This document shows, piece by piece, positions 1 through 8,136 of a DNA stretch of 64,000 nucleotides. Each line of letters opens with the position of its first letter. Position 1 is the stretch's first letter. Origin of the DNA: an uncultured bacterium. GTDB lineage: Bacteria > Chlamydiota > Chlamydiia > Chlamydiales > FEN-1388. Under the pieces are notes generated by a model. It did no database searches. It saw nothing but the letters and a program-made list of their open reading frames with translations, and was not told where the DNA came from. The position numbers and the translations under genes were made by a program. Location of the stretch: NCBI GenBank assembly GCA_964462925.1, contig CAYWZU010000001.1, positions 23,440-87,439 of the forward strand, given 5' to 3'.

Positions 1-1
1 A

Positions 2-1663
2 ATCTCCTTTGATTTTGAAAATGCTCCCCCATCTCCCCTTTTATCTGCAGCAAAAAAGGTTGAAGAGGTAGTAAGTGAAAGAGACCCCCTCCGTCCCATG
101 GCAAGGCCTGGTGAAGCCGGCAGCGGTGTCTATGTTGTAGAAGCTCTAGAGTCAGCCTATATCTTTAAACCAGGCGCTGAAAAAGCAGAAAAGGCTATTG
201 CCTGCTACGAAATAGCAAAAGCGATTGGAATGGAAAAAAGCATCCTTGAAAGTACAATACTTCGCGCGCCGCATATTATGGCAGAGCATGTAGGATTAGA
301 GGGAACACCTATTGATTACACCCTTATTGAAATAGAGGGCAAGCCCTACCTTATCGACCCATATCATGTGCTTTCATTTTCAGAACGAGTTATCGATAAA
401 AGGCGTCTTGTACTCATTGAAGGGACCGAATTTGAGCTAAAAGATGGAAGGCTTCTTCCGTATAATGATCCCATCGATGCATGCGATGAACTGCCTTTGA
501 AGCTTGTATTTGATGAAGATTCTAATGCATTCCTCGTGCCCGTTGAAAAACTGCAGACAGAATATTCCTCTCTCCATTTTAAGACGCAAGATGGCAAGTG
601 GGCGCCATTTAGGCAAGCCTACTATATCGGCCAGGACACAGAAGATGTGGCTGTAAATGTCCCTATGCGAATTCATACGCCAGAATCTATCTATGACGTT
701 GCAGACGATGAGGATGAAGATGGCATGTTTACCCTTCTTACTCCCGAAGAGAACGAAAGGGAATCAAAACTTGAAAAAATTACAGAAAATAGAGTTGTCA
801 TTGCCATATGCGATGGAGAAGAAAGACTTGTAAACCTTGCTCACTGCATGGCTATTGAAGATATAGAGACTACGCCGCGCGTAGGCCGTTCGCTTTTAAA
901 ACAAAGCGGCGGATCTCAAGATATGGAATCTAGCGATGATGAAAAAGGAAGAGCAAGTCCCATTCCAAACCCGGCAAATCTTGTGACTCAAGATATCGGC
1001 TATATGCAGCAAAAAATTCCTCACCTTGACTCCTGGTATAATGGTAAAGAGGTAAATATTACCATCGACACACCAGAGCGTGCTGCCTATTTTGATATGG
1101 TTGACTTTAACTCCTTTGCTGACGCCTTTATCCTTGGCGTTCTTTTAAAAATGGAAGATGGGAAAGCAACAACTCTTCAAGAAACAAACTTTCTTGTATC
1201 AGAAAATGCAAAGGGAGATAAACTCCTTCTTACAGCAATCGATCTTGATGAAACGCTCGGAATAGCTAAAGACAACCCCGATATTGCCCCCATTAGACTT
1301 GGCCTTATGGGCTATCCTCAGGCATATAAATCGCTCACCGAAGAAGAGCGAGCCCACATCCTCTCTCGACTTCAACGTGTCGCGGAAAGCGACCTTGCCT
1401 CCATTTTAACAAGCGGCAGATTCGAACACTTAAAAGATGAGCAAGTTGTCCAAAGTTTTCAAGCTATTATCGAAAACATCACACACTTTTATAATGAATT
1501 CCAAGAAAAGCCATTCACTTTAGAAGATCTCGCATTTAGCGTCTATCCAGCATATAAAATGGCATGGGATGAAATGCAGGCGCTTGGCCTTTCGAGAGAA
1601 ACCATTGCAACTCACCTTGGGCGAGATACGTTGCAAGAGGTAAAAACGCTCTATAATAAATAA
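2..1663 (+). CDS. 5-prime-truncated CDS; putative phosphoinositide-kinase-fold protein (type II PI4K-like, PI3_PI4_kinase family), candidate secreted effector
   Basis: The frame is open from nt 2 to the ATG at 98 with no stop, so the gene continues upstream of the window. GSGVYVV...YIFKP (nt 119-172) resembles the SGSYFV...VFKP glycine loop and Lys of type II PI4-kinases. LLKMEDGK...ETNFLV and TAIDLDETLG (nt 1127-1262) resemble the DRxxxNxL and IDxG catalytic/activation motifs. A long insert separates the two lobes. Comparison by eye only. Confidence 0.4.
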   Translation: MSFDFENAPPSPLLSAAKKVEEVVSERDPLRPMARPGEAGSGVYVVEALESAYIFKPGAEKAEKAIACYEIAKAIGMEKSILESTILRAPHIMAEHVGLEGTPIDYTLIEIEGKPYLIDPYHVLSFSERVIDKRRLVLIEGTEFELKDGRLLPYNDPIDACDELPLKLVFDEDSNAFLVPVEKLQTEYSSLHFKTQDGKWAPFRQAYYIGQDTEDVAVNVPMRIHTPESIYDVADDEDEDGMFTLLTPEENERESKLEKITENRVVIAICDGEERLVNLAHCMAIEDIETTPRVGRSLLKQSGGSQDMESSDDEKGRASPIPNPANLVTQDIGYMQQKIPHLDSWYNGKEVNITIDTPERAAYFDMVDFNSFADAFILGVLLKMEDGKATTLQETNFLVSENAKGDKLLLTAIDLDETLGIAKDNPDIAPIRLGLMGYPQAYKSLTEEERAHILSRLQRVAESDLASILTSGRFEHLKDEQVVQSFQAIIENITHFYNEFQEKPFTLEDLAFSVYPAYKMAWDEMQALGLSRETIATHLGRDTLQEVKTLYNK

Positions 1664-1681
1664 TCACGGAAGGAATGTAGC

Positions 1682-3685
1682 ATGTCCCTAGCTCTTACTG
1701 GTATACAAAGACCAAGAGATAACGATCTTGAGCAGGTTATTGTTGCCCCTACCCCTCTAGAGTCTAGCAATGAAGCAGCTGACCAAGAATTAGGATTTGT
1801 TACAGCTGCAGATATCCGTAAAGCACAAGATTACGGAGTTCTCGCAGGGCTCCAGCGTCACTTGGAGTGCAGACCAGATCTTAAAGCAAAAGCAGCTTTA
1901 GATATTATGGAGCCACTTTTTGCAAGTGGGTTTAGTGCAAAAGTATCGCTCTTTACTAGACAGTATGGAAGCCGCCTGCTCAATGAACTAGAGGATCCCG
2001 TACTAAAAGCAGAGTTTGCCATTAGGGTTGCACGTATTTTGGATCGCGGTGCAGAAAAAAAGGAGTGGGTCCAATTTGCAATGGTGCTTCTCAATGACGA
2101 AGATGTGCGCGAAAAATGTCCAAAACCTGCGCTTGCAGCCCTTGCAAAAATTTGGACAGAAGCTTCAAGCCATGATCAAACCATACATTGGCTAAAAGCC
2201 GCCAAGGCAGATCCTGCAAAGTATAAAGAAGCAGCTTTTGACTTTTATCTCGCTGGAGATTTTGTACATGGGCGTATCATCTATGATGCAGCGCCTCAAG
2301 ATGTAGCAGGAAATGCACTCATCCCTGAAGAGAGTGACAATTTTGTAGAGCTCATAACGGAGGGCCTGCGCAATTTAGAGCTCTGTAAAGATAGAGACTA
2401 TCAAGCAAGCGTGCTCAAACACCAGGATGACTGGAAAAAACAAAGCATTATCTTGCATTTTCTTTGCCACTATTGCTTTAGACAAGAGGCCATGAGCCTA
2501 GCATATGAAATGGGCATACACTCCAAAACCATCTCTCCTCTTCTGACAATATCTGCCTATATCACTGAGCACGAGGAGCGCACTCGCTATATTGATCTGC
2601 TACTTGAAACTGCGCGAAAGCTTGATGAAATGAACGAGGAAAAACATGGCTACGACGTGCTGAATATTCTCATTAAAAACAAAGTCATTTCTATACAAGA
2701 AGCTATTTTATTAGCAACTTATGCACAAAGTGCACCATCTGCAGCAAATGCTCTTTGGGAAAGAGTGTGCGGTGTGAGCTTGAAAAGAAGTAAAGACGCT
2801 CAGGATTTAAGAGATCTTCAGTCGCTACTCAGAGCTTTTGTCGGACATCTCAGCAAAACTTCTGCCTCTGATTACATGTCTGAATACTGGAGGAAAGCAT
2901 TCATGATGTATGTGGAGCATGGTTTATTTGATGACGCTGTGGCCATTGAAGGGCCGTGGCGCACGTGGCGGAAGACAGCAGGCGAAAGCACGCACAAATC
3001 ATTAGAGTACTGTAGAGCAATAAGCCTTCTTTGCAACTTCGCTATTTTCAAATACATTACAGGCAATGTAGAGGGTGCTGTGGAAGATTTGCGAGAAGCA
3101 GATGGCATCAATAAATTGCATCAAGAACAATATCCAGACCGTGATGAACTCCTTCAAGGCATGGACTACGCTGTAAAAGAACTAAAACGCTCTGTGATAG
3201 AGTTAAGCCCATCACAAATTGGAGTGTTGGATGCTCTAGCAGTAAATGCCCGTTCGTGTGAGAGAATTTTTGCCTGCGATCGAGAAATTGCAAATATCGA
3301 TGGTTTGATCAGTGACTGCACAAGTCTCTTTCAGAGCATTCATGAGATCACCTCTCTCGTAGAGCAATCTTTAGGCCGCCGCATTCTTGAATCCTTGCAA
3401 TATAAGAAGTTGCACCAAAAAGTTATCAATGGCCTCACACAAATCAATTCAAGATCACCCGCTGTTTATAGAAGTGGGTATTTACAAGAAAATTTCCACC
3501 TTTTAGCAAGTGAACTGGAAGCACTTTTTACGTCGCTGCAAGACATGCAGGATGTAAAATGGAACTTACCAGCGATTAAACGCACTATTTTTCCTGCTCA
3601 AGAAAAACTCAATGCAGTAATTGTCAGGCTTAAAGAACATTCAACATCCCTAAAGAAAGAGATGCAAAAGCTTAGAGGTAAATGA
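1682..3685 (+). CDS. hypothetical protein, 667 aa, helical, coiled-coil-like C-terminus; likely co-transcribed with the kinase-like gene
   Basis: Long ORF whose ATG lies 18 nt after the upstream stop, preceded by a GGAAGGA RBS-like sequence. No motif recognised. Confidence 0.6.
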   Translation: MSLALTGIQRPRDNDLEQVIVAPTPLESSNEAADQELGFVTAADIRKAQDYGVLAGLQRHLECRPDLKAKAALDIMEPLFASGFSAKVSLFTRQYGSRLLNELEDPVLKAEFAIRVARILDRGAEKKEWVQFAMVLLNDEDVREKCPKPALAALAKIWTEASSHDQTIHWLKAAKADPAKYKEAAFDFYLAGDFVHGRIIYDAAPQDVAGNALIPEESDNFVELITEGLRNLELCKDRDYQASVLKHQDDWKKQSIILHFLCHYCFRQEAMSLAYEMGIHSKTISPLLTISAYITEHEERTRYIDLLLETARKLDEMNEEKHGYDVLNILIKNKVISIQEAILLATYAQSAPSAANALWERVCGVSLKRSKDAQDLRDLQSLLRAFVGHLSKTSASDYMSEYWRKAFMMYVEHGLFDDAVAIEGPWRTWRKTAGESTHKSLEYCRAISLLCNFAIFKYITGNVEGAVEDLREADGINKLHQEQYPDRDELLQGMDYAVKELKRSVIELSPSQIGVLDALAVNARSCERIFACDREIANIDGLISDCTSLFQSIHEITSLVEQSLGRRILESLQYKKLHQKVINGLTQINSRSPAVYRSGYLQENFHLLASELEALFTSLQDMQDVKWNLPAIKRTIFPAQEKLNAVIVRLKEHSTSLKKEMQKLRGK

Positions 3686-3732
3686 ACGAGCAGAACATCT
3701 TTTGAAACAGTACTGAGTAAAAAATGACCTTA

Positions 3733-3831
3733 TTGCATAATTAACCACCGAGGCATTAAGCTCACTGAGAATGGTGAGATAAGAAGAAAGATTAGTTGAT
3801 AATCCGCACATCTTAACTTCTTCCATATGGT
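3733..3831 (+). repeat. Copy A of a dispersed element: left-end fragment only (about 100 nt)
   Basis: ttgcataattaaccaccgaggcattaagctcactgagaatggtgaga... matches 55121-55225 (copy C left end) and the reverse complement of 8020-7925 (copy B), with a few substitutions and one indel. Confidence 0.7.
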
Positions 3832-3897
3832 AACTCTTCCTTACTTCAAGGATAGCTACTAGGCCAAGTTTCCTTCATTTACTGACAGATCGCTTCT

Positions 3898-3918
3898 ATG
3901 CCTCTCAAAGAGAGGCGT
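3898..3918 (-). terminator. Stem-loop immediately downstream of the 3927-6137 gene
   Basis: atgcctctc-aaa-gagaggcgt lies 9 nt past the stop codon. The stem sequence is related to the atgcctcttc hairpins at 34856 and 35105. There is no clear U-run, so terminator function is uncertain. Confidence 0.35.
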
Positions 3919-3926
3919 GTCATAGA

Positions 3927-6137
3927 TTAATTTGAAAGCGTAGATCGCCTCCTTCTTAAATAAAGCGCATATTGCTCGCGCATCATTTCTAGTTCGCGCT
4001 CTGCACTCTGGTCTTTACTCTCTTTAAGCTGAACGATGAGCTTAGTTGTCCAGTTGTCTGGATCTATACCACTCACCTCTTCGACCTCCTCAAAGTCATG
4101 AGGAAAGAGCATCTTTTTTTCACCTAATTGCAAAACTTGAGAGAAGTTGACGAGCCAATCAAAAAAATCAACGCTCTGAACATGTAAAAACCCACTATGC
4201 AGGGTTTCAAAGCTAAGATTTTTTGTAAGCTGCTTGGAATAGAAATACTCTATATTTTCTCTATTTGCAGTTTTGCAAGCGTAAAGATACTGATTCTTTA
4301 CCCAGTCGCTATTTTCTGCAAGAGACGGGTTTTGTGCTAACTGATAGGCAAGGGATTCATTTCTTTTTTGAACTGCTTCTTCTGATTTTACATACGCGCA
4401 CTCTAACTCCTTATTTTTCACCCTGAGGAGATAGACTTCGGCATCTTGAGCAATTGTATCCATTTCGCGAAAAAGATGGCTTGGAATAGTAGCTGGCTCT
4501 CTCCAGTCGTTCCACTCAACATGTAGCTCAAAATCATCTTCTCGAAGCTCGTAGAATTTGCCAAAACTTCGTACAAAGTACTCTAGCACTAAAATATGAG
4601 CTTTAGAAGTGTCTGCATTATGCTCCCCATCTCGAAATAGGCCATGGCTTTTAAGATATTTTACCATTTTGAGCAAACGGCGCATCGCTCCATAGTAGAG
4701 CGTTTCATCATCAAGTATCGATAAGGACTTCCATTTGTCACTATTGAGCACAATATCGAGGGCGAGGTTAAGCAAAATTTGATTTGGATAACGATCTCTG
4801 CCAAGTAATATTGGTCGCTCAACGAGCGCCTGTTGCAGCTCTTCAGAGCAGCTTTCAAGTAGATGCTGGCCATATCTGTGGTTCAGGCTAGTAGCAAATA
4901 GATCCGTCACATATTTCGGACTTGTATCATCAACTCTTCGATCAAAAGTCTGAAGCGTGCTTAGATCGCCATCTCTCAAATTCCAGATGTCCTTGCTCCA
5001 GCGGATGCCAAAATGCTCTCGTGTTACTTCGATAGACCTATCAAGTGCTTTTAAGACGCGGCTTCCTAAAATGGATGCAATACATGAATGATACTCATCA
5101 TGAGCAAATTGATCAGGATACAAAGACATAACACCATGAACAGAGACGCTAGCTGGCACAAGCCCAAGAGTGCATGACTCTCCACTTATCGTAAGTCTTG
5201 CTCCCTTTTTCATAAGGAGTTCAACATCATCTATAGACTGCTCGCCAAGACGAGGAATAATAGGAACCCAATCCTCGCTGCCGTAGTGGGCAAGCCCGAT
5301 TGCATTTCGTATTCCATGAGAAAAGAATAGCACTCCCTGATAATCTGCTTGATCTCTCTTTAGCAATCTCGAATATCTATATCGCTGCCTACTATCTTGA
5401 GTAGGAAATCCTTCAGGATGTGCATCACTATTTACCTGCTCAAAAAAATTAAAAATAAACTGCTCTGATTTTGGCAGCTGTCGAACAAGTGCGATAAGAA
5501 GACGCGTTTCATCATCAGTTAAAAAGCCATTCGAAGGATGGATATAGGGCTTATTACTATGTATAGGAAAATATCGAATATAGTTTTTTATAAGTGGTTT
5601 TGCTTGTTCTGAAAAATCGGTACCATCTTCGTTTAAAAGAGCAATAGCCTCATAGCTACCAAACACCCTGCTTGTCTCAATAACTAAAGAAAGCGTAGCC
5701 TTTTGCTGCCAGGTAATCTTGCCGGATGCAAAGAGAGAGAGGGCATTATAGTGTGTATCTGCTCTTCTGAAGAGCTCTCCTTGCCAGGGATTTGCTTCAA
5801 GCTCTCTAAGTAGCAGCCTATCACCTTGATGATCAAATTTTCTCTTAACGTCACTTCTATCGCTGAGCAAGGTGTGAAATTGGTCTGGATGTGCGCCTTG
5901 AGGATTGAATGTGCTGAATTTTTTTGAATTTCGAAGCTCTCGCCACCAAGCTGCAATTTTGCTTCCTGCATCTTGCTCTTGGCGGCTTATAGGAGCTGCC
6001 GCACCCTCTACTTTTTTTGTATGAAGGGCTCGCCTTTCCTCAAGTACCCGAGACTCCCCTGTAACTGATTTGAATCGTTCATCGAACCCCTGCCAAAGAG
6101 TAGATGCTTGACTGCAGAGTTGTGGATCAATATTCAT
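3927..6137 (-). CDS. hypothetical protein, about 736 aa
   Basis: Long ORF. The first ATG is at 6137; the ORF track starts at an upstream TTG at 6149. No domain recognised. Confidence 0.6.
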   Translation of the reverse strand: MNIDPQLCSQASTLWQGFDERFKSVTGESRVLEERRALHTKKVEGAAAPISRQEQDAGSKIAAWWRELRNSKKFSTFNPQGAHPDQFHTLLSDRSDVKRKFDHQGDRLLLRELEANPWQGELFRRADTHYNALSLFASGKITWQQKATLSLVIETSRVFGSYEAIALLNEDGTDFSEQAKPLIKNYIRYFPIHSNKPYIHPSNGFLTDDETRLLIALVRQLPKSEQFIFNFFEQVNSDAHPEGFPTQDSRQRYRYSRLLKRDQADYQGVLFFSHGIRNAIGLAHYGSEDWVPIIPRLGEQSIDDVELLMKKGARLTISGESCTLGLVPASVSVHGVMSLYPDQFAHDEYHSCIASILGSRVLKALDRSIEVTREHFGIRWSKDIWNLRDGDLSTLQTFDRRVDDTSPKYVTDLFATSLNHRYGQHLLESCSEELQQALVERPILLGRDRYPNQILLNLALDIVLNSDKWKSLSILDDETLYYGAMRRLLKMVKYLKSHGLFRDGEHNADTSKAHILVLEYFVRSFGKFYELREDDFELHVEWNDWREPATIPSHLFREMDTIAQDAEVYLLRVKNKELECAYVKSEEAVQKRNESLAYQLAQNPSLAENSDWVKNQYLYACKTANRENIEYFYSKQLTKNLSFETLHSGFLHVQSVDFFDWLVNFSQVLQLGEKKMLFPHDFEEVEEVSGIDPDNWTTKLIVQLKESKDQSAERELEMMREQYALYLRRRRSTLSN

Positions 6138-6194
6138 TATTATTTCCAATTATAAAAAAGAATAATAACAAATATTGAAATAAAAAGCAATTAT

Positions 6195-7019
6195 TCAGAC
6201 ATCGAAAAAACCAGCTATTTTGAGGACATAAAGCTTCTCAAAAAGCTCTTCGCGAGACAAAACTCCAAGCTTATTCTTCGCATTATCGATATAGAACTGA
6301 ATCGTCCGAGATGAAAGGCCGAGCTCCTTGCCATGTTGAGCTGCTGTTTTGCCTTCAAAAGCACCCGCAAGAACTTGCCTCTCTCTGTTTGAAAGTGTGT
6401 GTGCTTGTGTAAAGAGATGAGCATCTACGCCTAATGCTTTTAAAAACTGCTCTCTTTCGGCATGACAATCATTTCCGTAACTTCTCTTATAAAAATTATC
6501 TGACCCTCGAAGCTCAGCAATATTTACCATCTGCTCATCTGTATGTTTTGTAAACTTGGGATTTGTTGTTGCATAATAGTTGAGAAAGCTATCGAGAATA
6601 GGAAGATTGTTTATATAAAATGACTCAAGATTTGGCATATACTTTCTTGCTGCAAAGCCGTAGATATGGGCAATGTCTCTTTGCTCTTTACGGATCATGA
6701 TAAAGGGATGATACTGCGGGAATGTATCTTTGAATGAGTCGGTCATTGACACAAACTCCTTGTCAAAGGAGAGATGAAAACAGGACTCTTTGAGCCTTGA
6801 TGGCGCAATAAGAAAGTTTATAGCCTTATAATGCTCTTTATCCCAAAAATTGATCCACTGCTCATAATAGGTTGAGACATTTGCAAGCTGGCCATTTTCA
6901 TAGAGTGTAATATGCCAAAAGTCATCTATGCCAAAGCTATGCAGAAGAAGCGATCGCATCTTATCAAGTGAATCCTGACACGCTAAGTTATGTCTAAAAA
7001 AGGTATCTGAAGTTTTCAT
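6195..7019 (-). CDS. LuxR-family transcriptional regulator (C-terminal GerE/LuxR helix-turn-helix; N-terminal domain possibly autoinducer-binding-like)
   Basis: The C-terminus LSNRERQVLAGAFEGKTAAQHGKELGLSSRTIQFYIDNAKNKLGV is a classic LuxR-type HTH. The N-terminal segment YYEQWINFWDKEHYKAINFLI loosely resembles the W...Y....Y...DP region of LuxR/TraR ligand domains. Confidence 0.75.
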   Translation of the reverse strand: MKTSDTFFRHNLACQDSLDKMRSLLLHSFGIDDFWHITLYENGQLANVSTYYEQWINFWDKEHYKAINFLIAPSRLKESCFHLSFDKEFVSMTDSFKDTFPQYHPFIMIRKEQRDIAHIYGFAARKYMPNLESFYINNLPILDSFLNYYATTNPKFTKHTDEQMVNIAELRGSDNFYKRSYGNDCHAEREQFLKALGVDAHLFTQAHTLSNRERQVLAGAFEGKTAAQHGKELGLSSRTIQFYIDNAKNKLGVLSREELFEKLYVLKIAGFFDV

Positions 7020-7083
7020 AGCTTAAATAGTAGCAATTTTCCTTTAAACAGCATACCGTAACGGTTGCGGTATACAGACTTGG

Positions 7084-7707
7084 TTATTGCGAAATGTTTA
7101 CATCGTCTTTCTTTGCAACCTCTTCTTGCACTCGAAGCGGTCCAATGTATCCGGCTTCTTTTTTGATTTCGTCAAGGTGGGAAACATCTTCTTTATGCGG
7201 AACTCCCCATGCATTAAAAAGAATACCATTTACCAAGGTATTATGATCATCAAGAGCTGAAACGAGCGCTTCAAATGATGTATATACTGCGTGGGTAAGC
7301 TTACTATCTCTATCTCGCACAATAAGTGGTACATTATCTAAAATTGGCTTCATTTGAGCCGCGTCAAGAAATTTTCCTCTTTCTCTAACGTAGCCTCCGT
7401 CTCCCCTCATCACTTTATGGGCAGCAGATTTTACATAGCTATGGAGAATCGTGCGTGATTGCTCTTCAGTTATTACAGTTTTTGCATCCTTTTTAACAAG
7501 TTGCAGGTCAACGACAGCCTGCTGCAAGGCCTTATATGCGGCAATTTCTACTTTATCATGGATTACTTTGATGCTAACTCCATCCACTATCTGCTTTGGG
7601 GTAAATCCCTCTTTTAGACGCTCGCTTACCTGTTTTTCTGAATAGCCCAAACTTTGTATCCACTGAGTTTGTTCCTGTGTAAAACCGCTAAAACATACTG
7701 ATTGCAT
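7084..7707 (-). CDS. hypothetical protein, 207 aa
   Basis: ATG-initiated ORF on the same strand as the LuxR gene, upstream of it. No motif recognised. Confidence 0.5.
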   Translation of the reverse strand: MQSVCFSGFTQEQTQWIQSLGYSEKQVSERLKEGFTPKQIVDGVSIKVIHDKVEIAAYKALQQAVVDLQLVKKDAKTVITEEQSRTILHSYVKSAAHKVMRGDGGYVRERGKFLDAAQMKPILDNVPLIVRDRDSKLTHAVYTSFEALVSALDDHNTLVNGILFNAWGVPHKEDVSHLDEIKKEAGYIGPLRVQEEVAKKDDVNISQ

Positions 7708-7808
7708 ATTATCCTTATTAATAAAATAAGAATTATAGCATTAGTTATACAATAATTGCACCATAAAGTTTAAAAGTGACTTTATTAATTATTCTGAACA
7801 CTTTTGGG

Positions 7809-8020
7809 GCGTTGTTGCATAAACCACCACTGAGTCACTGAGTCCACTCGAAATTTTTGAGAAATCTGAGAATGCCTATACAATCAGGCGACGAAGAAGA
7901 TCGTGTTGTATTATGACAAGCTTAGGGATGCCATATAGTGAGCAGACTATCTTCTACTAATCCTTCTCCCTATCTCGACCCTCTCAGTGAGCTCAGTGCC
8001 TCGGTGGTTAATTATGCAAA
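7809..8020 (-). mobile_element. Copy B: internally deleted (MITE-like) derivative of the TIR-bounded GxxExxY element
   Basis: Both ends of copy C are present in reverse orientation. The 38 nt ttgcataattaaccaccgaggcactgagctcactgaga are identical to copy C. The other end, gcgttgttgcataaaccaccactgagtcactgag, is also present. The internal ctatatggcatcccYaagcttgtcataat and cttcgtcgcNtgattNtataggcaYtctcagatttctcaaaaat are retained, while about 290 bp of the ORF are missing. Confidence 0.55.
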
Positions 8021-8136
8021 GAGGCCAAGGCAAGCTTGGAGCTTTGAAAGATCCTCATAAATTAAAATTAGCTGGGTAAGATAATAACTGAGAAGAGCGC
8101 CCCAAACTTTGAAGCGCCCTGTTTAGACGTACTGCG

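Noticed and set aside
5083-5110. H-D-E-Y-H in the 736-aa orphan as a possible zinc-metalloprotease motif
   Set aside because: The spacing is HDExH. It is neither HExxH nor the inverted HxxEH, and no downstream third ligand motif was recognised.
7799-8113. cttttggggcg (about 7801) and cgccccaaa (about 8097) as a possible extended inverted repeat or target-site signature flanking copy B
   Set aside because: Only 9 nt match, and the right-hand copy is about 75 nt away from the element end. This is compatible with chance.
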